This document shows positions 1-11,741 of a stretch of DNA of 64,000 bases, in pieces. The stretch covers positions 124,001 to 188,000 of the forward strand of contig NIVC01000996.1 of NCBI GenBank assembly GCA_002269645.1. Direction: 5' to 3'. The translations under genes were made by a program, and so were the position numbers. The notes below the pieces were generated by a model, which was not told the origin of the DNA, made no database searches, and was given only the letters and a program-made list of their open reading frames with translations. The stretch is from Macrostomum lignano (taxonomy: Eukaryota). Position 1 is the stretch's first letter; the number at the start of each line of letters is the position of its first letter.

Positions 1-3000
1 AAAGTCATAAATCATTTTGTTGCGATTTTGAGTGATTTTTGGCCGCACCTGTCATGTTTTTACGACCCCGAGGGAACTGATAGGATCTCCCGGTCACGTG
101 ATTTTGGGTGGCAGCTAGCTCATCCAATCAGAAAATTCGACGCTTATTTTAACAAATCGGCTCAGCCAATCAGAATCGACGTGTTCCATTATAACAAACT
201 GCGGTCCAGTTGGCGGCTATTTAAACCGGTGTTTTTAGCCCGCTCGGACTGCAACCTTTTTGCGACCGGGTACTACCCTTGGCTCCACCGGCCAGGAACT
301 GACCGTCGTTTCTTGATCCCCAGATTGCGACCTTCCCCCATTATCATCAAGGACCAATGGCAAGGCAGTTCTCAGTCGATCAATCTATCAAATCAGTGAG
401 CAAAATTGCCAATAGTGCAGAATCGGCTCCAGAGATGTACTTTGTGCACTCTAGGTTAGCCAAGCGGCTCGGGTGATGAATCATGCGGTCTCTGATGTTC
501 GAGTTAGCCTATCATCAGCGCTAGGAGAGGCTGGTTGGCGCGTTGAAGGCCAAAAGTACAATTCTTCGTTTTTAGCAATGTAATAGTACATGTAGCTACC
601 CCATAGTCTCGCCACTGCAAAGAATCCCCTGCACAAGTCCCCTCTGTACCTGCATGGCCAATGCGATCTAGTCCCAGCAGTGTCCCTTATCATCGGCTAT
701 GACTTCGAGATTGACAGCAAAAATACACTAGTTGGCAGGTATGTGCAAAGCCCCTTAGTCGGAAGCCCGATTTCGAGAGTCCCGGTGTGGTGAGCCAGGA
801 CGTACGGGCTGGTGGCAGCGAGTTAGCTAATCTGCGGATTAGCTAATTTCTCACTACCTTCAAAATTCTCCCTGCTTGTCTCTCGCTGTCCCTCTCTTAG
901 CTATAGGACCTAGACTGCTCGCCACACGATCAAGCTACCATGGGGCTGACCATCTGACAGGAGTGCCGCCAGGACTCTAATTGATTTATTTCTGACACCT
1001 GAGGCCCGAAGGCTTCCCCACAAGGGGGCCGGAAGGTCGAAACCCGACAATAGTACGAGCAATTTCAGATGCGCTGTCCAAAATAAGTGTCTAACTGTGT
1101 AACTGTATATGCGTGTATCCAGGGACTGCGATACTAATTAAATTCCGGCCTTTCAATACTGACAAAAAGTCCAGTCAACTTATTTAACTCAAATTTAGTA
1201 CGTATACTGAATCCCGAGTGAGATATATGTACACAAATTATACGTCATTCCGCTCACATGACACCTGAAAGCTGGGTTTGGCAAAAAGTGACGAAAGTAG
1301 GACTTGTTGGGAGGTGTGGGATAATTAATAAAGCTGGGCCGGGATAATGACCGGCCAATTTATGAGCTTAAAGTTGATACTAACTATCCCGTATCGCTTG
1401 TGAACATAGGTTACTGACTCCACTTTGAGTTGACAGGCTCTCTAAAAAACCCTTCAAATTGCAGCGCTGTCATGCGCCCTGTTTATACAGTTCAACAAAA
1501 AATCAGCAACAAATTAAATAAAGAATGTAACGATTCCGATTTTTTACTTTCTTGGCTGGGAACATTATGCATGCAGCATGTACAAAAAAGGAAATGAAAA
1601 TGACAGGAAACTCGATCCTCCTGCAAATTACAAAGAAGTCTTTTAACACTTTGTACGTGTACCTTACAAAAAAAATATTGCAATGAAAAAAGAATGCAAT
1701 TGTAATCTAACAGGCTGAAAAAGTGAAAAAAATCTCCGTTGAGTATTTTATAAAACTTAGCCCTCAAATTATTTTTTAGAACCAAATTTCTCGTCATACT
1801 ACTTGCCATTATTATGGTTATTGTCTAAATGAACTTCAATTAAAAAAATTTTTATAACTTATTTTCTTCAGCAGTTGGAGGTTTAAGTTATAAATCAATT
1901 TTGTTCATTATCATAAGTGTATTTTTGTTTCTTTACTCACTTTTGCATGCACTTGATCATTCCTACTACAACTAATTTTCAAAAATATCGCTGATTCGCT
2001 GCGCCATTCGATCTTCTTCCAGTTTTCACTAACTGAATAGCAAAACGTCTTCACTAGCTTTTATTTTTACTGATCTCAAAGTAGTTTTTGAGTACCATTT
2101 ATAGTCCTAAGCCTAACTTCTTCTATCATATATTAAAGGCAAGGAATAATTACACTGCTTGTATGTGAAACTATGCTGTGCTCGTATTATTTGTTGTGTG
2201 CAATCCAAGCCACAAACTTCGTGTAGCTAGTTTAGATTTTGTGATTTTCTGTTTACACACATGCTTTGATTTATAATTAACTAGTATAGTTTTCCTTCTA
2301 GTAGTAGGCCCTACTGGAATAGAATGACTAACGTTTAAAAGCTCAGAAAACATTCAATCTGAAAGTGAACTTTAAATATTAATTTTCATTTTACCATTGG
2401 CATATAATTGTGTGTTATCTGATCTAGTTCTAGGGAATACGCCGCTTTTTATTTATAGAAAATATACATTTTAGTGCATTAGATTTTCTAATTAATTTTT
2501 TAATCAATGCCCAAAATTTTGAATTCAAAGTTCAATATTTTCATGATTTTGCAAAATGATTTGTCTCAATGCATCTCAATTCATAGACATTGTGTTATGT
2601 AAGCTTATTTAAAAAATTTTTTTTCTCAATCTTCACACTCAATTCCCTAACTATTTAATATCAATGCAAAGTAGGCTAAACTATTATATTTAATTTATTG
2701 TTAAAGCCAAAGTTATTAATTATAACACCTCAATAGATCAATAGAAAGGTCTATTTAAGTAGCTACCTGTTTCAACAAAATTATATTAAACTAACTACTT
2801 GCCATACTAAAATTAGTTGTACAGGACTTTCTACAATTCATATAAGCAAATATGATATTATATTTTTTTATTTTTTAATGTAGTATCAATTTATTTAGAA
2901 TTATTTCAACATACTTAGAAATACTGTATGTCTATCTACAATAATTTTTTTAAGAAGCCAATTGTGTTATCTCAATGACTCAAGTATTTTAAGCGTTTAT

Positions 3001-3074
3001 TTTTTACTTCTTATGCAAATTCAAACATTCAAAACCCCAATTGGTGCATGTAACAGTTCTTTCTACTAGAAAGA

Positions 3075-3437
3075 ATGAATAGCAAAATGGTGAAAACTGA
3101 ACCAGTTGGCAACTTGAAAATCAAGAAGCCTAACGATGACTGCGTGATGTACTGCAACATTTCAACATGCAACTTGCCTCTGATTAATGAAGGCTTAATT
3201 TGTGCTTGTGGCCACGTGTTCTGTGGCAACCACAAGCCCTGGATGTTTAGTAAAACTTTGAATGCGACTTGTGGCTTCTATTGCCTACTGTGCACTGATC
3301 AAAGCCTTGACGATAGGAAAGTGATCAACCTGCACGACAGTCGGCATGTTCAAACCCACGATCGCGGTCTGGTCGGCGTGGAGATAAAGCTGGCGATTAG
3401 CTTGGTGAAGCACAGCGTCAATACCTGGATGGTGCAG
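3075..3437 (+). CDS. CCNB1IP1: HEI10/CCNB1IP1-like RING E3 ligase, exon 1 of 3 (join 3075..3437,4970..5374,6379..6654; ~347 aa)
   Basis: VMYCNISTC...CACGHVFCGNH...CLLC and LVGVEIKLAISLVKHSVNTWMVQ resemble the HEI10 N-terminus as recalled (MLLCNYRKC...TACSHIFCDQH...CPAC; LAGLRPEIVLDISSRALAFWTYQ). Phase-0 donor CAG|GTGCGT at 3437/3438. Confidence 0.7.
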
Positions 3438-3489
3438 GTGCGTTCGCATTCTGTAATCTCCTGACTTCATACCTCTATTCCATGGATTC

Positions 3490-4870
3490 ACAGATAGCCC
3501 CATTTCCTGTATTCACAGGTATCACCATTCTCTGGATTCACAAAGTTCCCCATTCCCTGGATTCACAGATATCCACATTTTCTGGATTCACAAAGTTCCC
3601 CATTCCCTGGATTCACAGATAGCCCCACTTCCTGGATTCACAGATATCCACATTTTCTGGATTCACAAAGTTCCCCATTCCCTGGATTCACAGATAGCCC
3701 CACTTCCTGGATTCACAGATATCCCCATTTCCTGGATTCACAGATATCCCAATTCTCGGGATTCACAAAGTTCCCCATTCCCTGGATTCACAGATATCCC
3801 CATTCTCTGGATTCACAGATATCCCCATTCCCTTGATTCACAAAGTTCCCCATTCCCTGGATTCACAGATATCCCCATTCTCTGGATTCACAGATATCCC
3901 CATTCCCTTGATTCACAAAGTTCCCCATTCCCTGGATTCACAGATATCCCTATTCCCTTGATTCACAAAGTTCCCCATTCCCTGGATTCACAGATATCCC
4001 TATTCCCTTGATTCACAAAGTTCCCCATTCTCTGGATTCACAGATATTCCCATTCTCTGTATTCACAGATATCCCCATTCTCTGGATTCACAGATATCCC
4101 CATTCTCTGGATTCACAGATATCCCCATTCTCTGGATTCACAGATATCCCCATTCTCTGGATTCACAGATATCCCTATTCCCTTGATTCACAAAGTTCCC
4201 CATTCTCTGGATTCACAGATATTCCCATTCTCTGTATTCACAGATATTCCCATTCTCTGTATTCACAGATATCCCCATTCTCTGGATTCACAGATATCCC
4301 CATTCTCTGTATTCACAGATATCCCCATTCCCTTGATTCACAAAGTTCCCCATTCCCTGGATTCACAGATATCCCTATTCCCTTGATTCACAAAGTTCCC
4401 CATTCCCTGGATTCACAGATATCCCTATTCCCTTGATTCACAAAGTTCCCCATTCTCTGGATTCACAGATATTCCCATTCTCTGTATTCACAGATATCCC
4501 CATTCTCTGGATTTACAGATATCCCCATTCTCTGGATTCACAGATATCCCTATTCCCTTGATTCACAAAGTTCCCCATTCTCTGGATTCACAGATATTCC
4601 CATTCTCTGGATTCACAGATATTCCCATTCTCTGGATTCACAGATATCCCAATTCTCGGGATTCACAAAGTTCCCCATTCTCTGTATTCACAGATATCCC
4701 CATTCCCTGGATTCACAGATATCCCCATTCCCTGGATTCGCAAAGATTCCCATTCCCTGGATTCACAGGTATCCCCATTCTCTGGATTCGCAAAGATTCC
4801 CATTCCCTGATTCACAGATATCCCCATTCTCTGGATTCACAAAGTTCCCCATTCCCTGGATTCACAAAGA
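3490..4870. repeat. ~25-bp minisatellite filling HEI10-like intron 1
   Basis: Tandem GGATTCACAGATATCCCCATTC(T/C)CT and variant GATTCACAAAGTTCCCCATTC. Confidence 0.95.
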
Positions 4871-4969
4871 TCATCATATTCATAGCTTTATCCTCCGACT
4901 TTTCGTAGACCCTGATTTCTGTGATCCCATGTCTGTAGAATCTCCGCCTGCCATCCCAATATAACCCAG

Positions 4970-5374
4970 TCCCGGCTGCAACTGAAGCGCCAAGTTCAAA
5001 TTGCCAAAGAAGTCCACGCGGAAAAGCAGCGCCGCCTGATGGAGTGCCGCGCCGCCACGGCCGCTATGTTGGAAAGGAGCTCTCTGCTGAAGATGTACCT
5101 TGGCAAGAAGCAGAAAGAGGAGAAGCAGTACAAGGACCAAGCCGAGATCGCACTTCAACGACTCTCCGCGGTCAAGCAGGCTGGCCTCGCCGCTAAGGAG
5201 CGGCTGTCAGAGTTGATCCACTGTATGGAGACCGAGAGGCGGCGCAAGGCCCAGCTGGTTTCTAGGCTGGAAAAAGCTGACGAGGACTACAAGGAACTCA
5301 TGGGCGCTTTTGAACGAATTCGACGCAGCGCTTCCGAGCTACGCGAGATCCTGATTCGGCGTCAGCAACAAAAC
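4970..5374 (+). CDS. CCNB1IP1: HEI10-like gene exon 2, coiled coil
   Basis: Phase-0 acceptor ACCCAG|TCC, open frame SRLQLKRQVQIAKEVH...RRQQQN, phase-0 donor AAC|GTGAG; heptad-rich. Confidence 0.65.
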
Positions 5375-5394
5375 GTGAGAAAGCTAATAAAAGT

Positions 5395-6190
5395 TCTCTG
5401 ATCCTCCGTGTCTGTTAAGATCCCCATTCTCTGATCCCCTGTTTTCTATTAAGATCCACATTCTCTGATCCTCCGTGTCTATCAAGATTCCCATTCTCTG
5501 ATCCCCTTTGTCTATCAAGAAACCCCGCATCCCGCCTGTGAATCCAGAGAATTCCCTATTCTCTGATCCTCCGTGTCTATTAAGATCCCCATTCTCTGAT
5601 CCCCTGTGTCTATCAAGATCCCCCATTCTTTGTTCCTCTGTGTCTATCTAGATCCCCATTCTCTGATCCACTGTATCTATCAAGATCCCCCATTCTTTGT
5701 TCCTCTGTGTCTATCTAGATCCCCATTCTCTGATCCCCTGTGTCTATCAAGATCCCCCATTCTTTGTTCCTCTGTGTCTATCTAGATCCCCATTCTCTGA
5801 TCCCCTGTGTCTATCAAGATCCCCCATTCTTTGTTCCTCTGTGTCTATCTAGATCCCCATTCTCTGATCCCCTGTGTCTATCAAGATCCCCCATTCTTTG
5901 TTCCTCTGTGTCTATCTAGATCCCCATTCTCTGATCCCCTGTGTCTATCAAGATCCCCCATTCTTTGTTCCTCTGTGTCTATCTAGATCCCCATTCTCTG
6001 ATCCCCTTTGTCTATCAAGATCCCTATTCTCTGATCCCCTGTGTCTATTAAGATCCTCTACTCTGATCCCCTGTTTTCTATCAAGATTCCCATTCTCTGA
6101 TTCCCTGTGTCTATCAAGATCCCTGTTCTCTGATCCCCCGTGTCTATCAAGATCCTCATTCTCTAATTCCCTGTATCAGAATCCCTATTC
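5395..6190. repeat. ~33-bp minisatellite filling HEI10-like intron 2
   Basis: CTGATCCCCTGTGTCTATCAAGATCCCCATTCT alternating with TTGTTCCTCTGTGTCTATCTAGATCCCCATTCT. Confidence 0.9.
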
Positions 6191-6378
6191 TTTAATCTTT
6201 AGGGATACTAATAATTTGAATTCCTTAGGGCGCTCTCAAACTTTAGGGATTTTTAAAATTTGCTGAATCTTTGATCCAGCATATTTTGAATAAATTTCCC
6301 CACGCTTAACTCCCCTAGTTTTTCAAAAATCCCTATCATTTAATCCTCGCGACATTCATATTATGGTTACTAAAACAG

Positions 6379-6654
6379 AAAAATGTCACAAATGCGCAGA
6401 TTCGCGAGCAACGCGAGAGCCGTCCTTACCGCCAGAGTCGCCAACGTCATCGCAGCCACGATCGTAGGGAGCTTCGTCTCGACAGCCGCGGACACCGGGA
6501 GCACCGGGAGCACCAGCGGGATCACCGGGAGCACCGCAGCCGCAGCAGGGTGCACCGCAACGGAGAAGGCGGCGGCCGCATGGTGCCCCTGCCGGCTTGT
6601 GTCGGCAATGCGCAGCACGTCGCCAATGGCCATCGCTGCTACCGACACAACTGA
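6379..6654 (+). CDS. CCNB1IP1: HEI10-like gene exon 3, R/H/E-rich tail
   Basis: Acceptor AAACAG|AAA, phase 0, KNVTNAQIREQRES...RHN* with TGA at 6652-6654; GC-rich island. Confidence 0.6.
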   Translation, partial: KNVTNAQIREQRESRPYRQSRQRHRSHDRRELRLDSRGHREHREHQRDHREHRSRSRVHRNGEGGGRMVPLPACVGNAQHVANGHRCYRHN

Positions 6655-7294
6655 GCAGTGCAGCGGGAGCTACTTGAGACTGAAACTATACTGGTTGAGT
6701 ACTGACTCAACACAAGTTAACTATACAAGCTGCCGTGCTATACTAAGCTTTTCACAATGCAGTCGGCTTCTTTTTCTGCTTCTAAGTTTGTGTTTCATTT
6801 CATCATCTCTCAGTCCAGGGTAAGCACGGTTTTGATGGCTTTATGGCTGGTTAAAAGTACATTTGTTCGTTTTCAAATCTGGCCAAGGTTGATTTCCTCA
6901 ATCAGAAAACAAACACCTCTCTTAGTGGCCGAAGTTTGTTTTGCGTTTATTTTGCAGCTTTTTGCTCTCTTTGTCGTTATTTGTTCCAGTTTTTATACAC
7001 ATTTAGTTCACTTTATGCCTAATAGACTCCATTTATTTGAGTCAAAAAATCCTTTAATATTTGGTCACTACTCCCGTTTACAGTTTTCAACTATTGCATT
7101 AAGCCGGTTTCTCCTTTGTGCGTTTATTTTTTGCTTTTTTGCAATATTTTCTCAACAAATAAACAATACAAAACTGTTGTTTTTTCACTTTTCTGATTTC
7201 CATCTTTGAAGGAAATGATACTGCTTCTTTTCATGTAACTTTTTGTATTTTAACTTAGCTCAATTCACAAAAGCTGGTCTTATTGACATTGACT

Positions 7295-7860
7295 GTTCAC
7301 ATAAACCTGACACTTCTTCACACAAAAAGGACTATTCACACAAGCAAAAGACTATTCACACAAGCAAGAGACTGTTCACACAAACAAGAAACTATTCACA
7401 CAAGCAAGAGACTGTTCACACAAACAAGAAACTATTCACACAAGCAAGAGACTGTTCACACAAACAAGAAACTATTCACACAAACTATAGACGGTTTAAA
7501 TGAAGTAGGGACAACTCACGCAAACTAGAGACTATTCACACAAACTAGAGACTATTCACACAAACTATAAACTAGTCACACAAACTATAGACTATTCACA
7601 CAAGCTAGAGACTATTCACAAAAAGTAGAGACTATTCACACAAACTATAGACGGTTCAAATGAACTAGATACTATTCACACAAACTATAAACTATTCACA
7701 CAAACGATAAACTATTAACACAAACTATAAACTATTCACACAAACGATAAACTATTAACACAAACTACAAATTATTCACACAAACTAGAGACTATTTACA
7801 CAAACCATAGACGGTTTACACTAACTCGAGACTATTCACAAAAGTGAGGATATTCACACA
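7295..7860. repeat. 20-21-bp minisatellite
   Basis: Tandem GACTATTCACACAA(G/A)C(A/T)AGA units. Confidence 0.9.
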
Positions 7861-8281
7861 TACTAGAAAATTCCCATAAACTAGACGGTTTCGAGCAAGT
7901 TTTGAATATTTCATACACTGTCCATACCAGCTCGATAATTCACTCCTTTGATCTAGGTGTACTTTGTGATAGCTAGGAAACTTAAGTAAACTAACTAAAC
8001 TAGCTAGTAAGTAAGTTTTACAATTGCAATTTGCAATAGACAGATAAATAATTAAACAGATGATACTAGCTATTCCAAACACAAAAAGTGTTTGCAATAA
8101 AAATTGGTTTATATTTAAACGAATAAATATCTAATTATCTTTGAAAGTTGTCAGATTGCAATAAATGAAAGTACCAGTATATGTAGCTAAAAGTGCATAG
8201 AATCTTCATAGATGACTAATCGTGATTAGATTGTTGAATATTGCATGGGAAGGAATTAATCAAATATTTCGTAGTCAATAT

Positions 8282-8377
8282 GGGGTCGCTTCACAAGCTC
8301 GAAATTTCACAACCTCGAAAACCATTTTAGCAGCCGACTTCACAAGCGAGGTTGTTTCGAGGTTGTGAAAGCAACCC
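8282..8377. mobile_element. 96-bp miniature TIR element (Merlin-like termini)
   Basis: Imperfect TIRs GGGTCGC-TTCACAA / TTGTGAAAGCAACCC; exact 8-bp TSD GTCAATAT at 8274-8281 and 8378-8385. Confidence 0.7.
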
Positions 8378-8559
8378 GTCAATATTGAGTTTATGTGAAT
8401 AACTAGAAAAATCAAACAATAATTATTTAATAGTTTTATTTTTTATTCATTCCAAATATAGCTAGCTAATCTCGGCTAAACTTTAAGCCACCAGATAGTT
8501 ATTAAAAAAATCAAAATTGACTACCAAATATTTGACTGTTGACAACTTATATTTAGATT

Positions 8560-8870
8560 AGGGTAATAAAAGGGTTAAATATGGTTGGGTTGGAGTTTAG
8601 GTTAGGTTAGCGTTTGGGTTTGGGTTAGGGTTGCGTTAGGGTTTGAATCAGATTTAGGTTAGGTTAGGTTTGCGTTAGGGTTTGAATCAGATTTAGGTTA
8701 GGTTATTAGGTTTGTGTTAGAGTTTAAGATCCAGTTTACTCATAGCTTAGGTTTATGGTTAGAGTTAAGGATGGGCGTTTAGATTAGGGTTAAGGTTTAG
8801 GCTACGGTTAGGTTATGGTTTTTGTTATGTTTTGGTTTAGCTTATGATTTAGGATACGAATAAGGGTCTC
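8560..8870 (+). repeat. degenerate TTAGGG/TTAGG-like tract
   Basis: Irregular TTAGGG, TTAGGT and TTTGGG units. Confidence 0.6.
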
Positions 8871-9052
8871 TAAGGCTTGCTCACATAGCCATCAAATATG
8901 GCAAAATCATCGTGCGACCACACAACATTGTACATCAAAATTATAATTGCTTTGTAGATTAGTGTCCTAATCTGATGGTAGTGTGAATCAGCCTTGATTG
9001 GGTTTAGATTGGACAGTCAATTGTCGGTACACCCAGAATCAGCAAGCAAGCG

Positions 9053-9437
9053 TTACACACAAGCGCCAGGATCTGGGCTGCACTTCTGCAGCAGCTGTTT
9101 CTGGCGCCTGCGCAACGTCATGTCCAGCACAGGCTCGTATCTGCCCGGCTGCGGTGCTCGACGTTGTTCACAGCCCTCCGGCGGAGTAGCTACAGGACTC
9201 ACGTACTTGCCCTTGGCCAAGGTCACTTTTCTAGCGTCCCTGACTACCGTCGTGCCGCGTTCCAGCAGTTGCTGCTGCTGCTGCTGCTGAGGCGAATTTG
9301 AAACTGCCGCGATTGGCGAACAGTCGATACTTTGGAGGGCGATTCGGTGTCGAGATGCAGGTTGCTGCAGTTGACACTTTTGCTGCTGCTGCTTCGGCTT
9401 CATCGCCTGCACACCTGTCTCCGTGTGACGCCGCGGT
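9053..9437 (-). CDS. NEK2: NEK2-like exon 4 (terminal, poly-Q)
   Basis: Acceptor TTCAG|A completes phase 2; open to TAA at 9055-9053. Total CDS 1452 nt is in frame. Confidence 0.7.
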
Positions 9438-9647
9438 CTGAAGACAATCATGTTGATATTAAATTAAAAAGACAATTTTGTTACTAGTAGTAGTGTATAA
9501 TATATTTGCACCCTTTTCATAAATTTAGATAGCTTCCTTATATTTCTACTTCAAGTAGAGTAGGTAATGAAAGTTGATTATTATTTATTCTGCGGAGGTT
9601 ATTGCAAATTTTAACTGTTAGATAGCCACAAGAGTAGTTAGTCAGTT

Positions 9648-9875
<228 letters not shown>

Positions 9876-9889
9876 CCCCGTCAACTTGC

Positions 9890-10050
9890 CTGGTAACAGA
9901 GCCGGTCGCTTTAGCAATAAGCTGCTGTTTCTCTTTGAGAGCCTTGTCCAGCTCAACCAGTTCCGTCTGCCTTTGATTGACTTTCTCTTCCGCCTCGGCC
10001 AGCAGGCGCTCTCGCTCAGCTAATTTCGCTTCTTTATCGCTGAGATCAGC
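9890..10050 (-). CDS. NEK2: NEK2-like exon 3 (coiled coil)
   Basis: Acceptor GTCAG|GCT, ADLSDKEAKLAERERLLAEAEEKV...; ends at GC donor AG|GCAAGT, phase 2. Confidence 0.75.
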
Positions 10051-10285
10051 CTGACATGAGATCGTAGCGGTTAATAACTTTTTATGACCATTACAACTAC
10101 AGCTAAAAGTTAATAGACATTTACTTGTTTAGCCTCAAGGTCCTCAGACCGATGTAACCCTCCCCCTTATCCTCAGACCGATGTACGAACCCCCACAAAC
10201 CGATGTGATCCCCTCAGACTGACTTGACCCCCTTGCTTTATCCCTTGACCTCCGTTTTTAACCACAAAAGTCAGCATGCACTCGC

Positions 10286-10539
10286 CTGCATCAGCTGCAG
10301 CTCAGCTCGTCCCCTTGTGTAAGCTGTGCAGCCAAAATCTTTGGTCTTCGAAACCGACCAGAGTCGAACCTCGGCCCTCCCCAGCAGTTCCCCTGCGCTC
10401 GGTCGCTTGCTGTGATCGAGGACCACCATTTCGGTGGCCAGATGGCGGAGGCTGGGCGAGAACATTACGGGCAGATCCGCGTGGCAACCGCTTCGAATTC
10501 TATGGCGCAGTTCGGGCTTGGACTGAGCGCTGAATGGAG
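10286..10539 (-). CDS. NEK2: NEK2-like exon 2 (kinase C-lobe end)
   Basis: Acceptor CCACAG|CT gives KPPFSAQSKPELRHRIRSG...KRPSAGELL; ends at GC donor CAG|GCGAGT. Confidence 0.8.
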
Positions 10540-10569
10540 CTGTGGGGAAGGCATGGAAGCTAATAGAAA

Positions 10570-11024
<455 letters not shown>

Positions 11025-11089
11025 ATCTTAAGTCTTGATCATTCCTCTTATGTTAGATCTCTCATCAATCATCCCTCAGTAGCACTCAC

Positions 11090-11741
11090 GTTTCAGCGCC
11101 ATCAGCTCGTGCAGTACGCAGCCGAGCGCCCAGATATCAGATTTTGGAGTACTGAATCCTTCAGCTTCAGAGTCGCCAAGCAGTTCCGGGCTCATGTACA
11201 TTGGCGTACCAACAAAGGTGGTAGCCAATGATTGCATTGATGACAGCACTCTAGACAGACCAAAGTCGGCTAGTTTAGCATTCCAGTCGGAGTCTAAAAG
11301 TACATTGGCCGGTTTTAAATCGCGATGAAGAATATTCCTAGAGTGACAATAGTCCAAAGCCGAGAGCAGTTGAGCACAGACTCTGCGCACGAATGACTCG
11401 GGAACTAGGCAATTTGGTAATAGGCGATTTACACCGGAAAAATAGGCGATTAAGGAGCTCAGATCGCCATTGGAACAGTACTCCATGACTACGTACAGGC
11501 GACCAGTGCTTTTGTCAACTATGCGACCGTAAAATCTGACAATGTTCTGATGTTGCAATGAACGCAGAAGATTGACCTCTTGGCACAGCATCTGCAGCTG
11601 GGATTCGCTGAACTGATTGTAGTCGGTCTCTTTCCAGGCAAATATTTTTTTTGGATCTGCTTTTAAGCACACCTTGCTACAAGTGCCAAACGTTCCGCTT
11701 CCTAAGTACTGCAGGATTTGGTAATCTTTTATCGTTAACAT
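11090..11741 (-). CDS. NEK2: NIMA-related kinase (NEK2-like), exon 1 of 4 (complement join 9053..9437,9890..10050,10286..10539,11090..11741; 483 aa)
   Basis: GSGTFG, AWKE-DY, EVNLLRSLQHQNIVR, VMEYCSNGDL, HRDLKPANVLL, KLADFGLSR, FVGTPMYMSPE; phase-1 donor C|GTGAGT. Confidence 0.85.
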
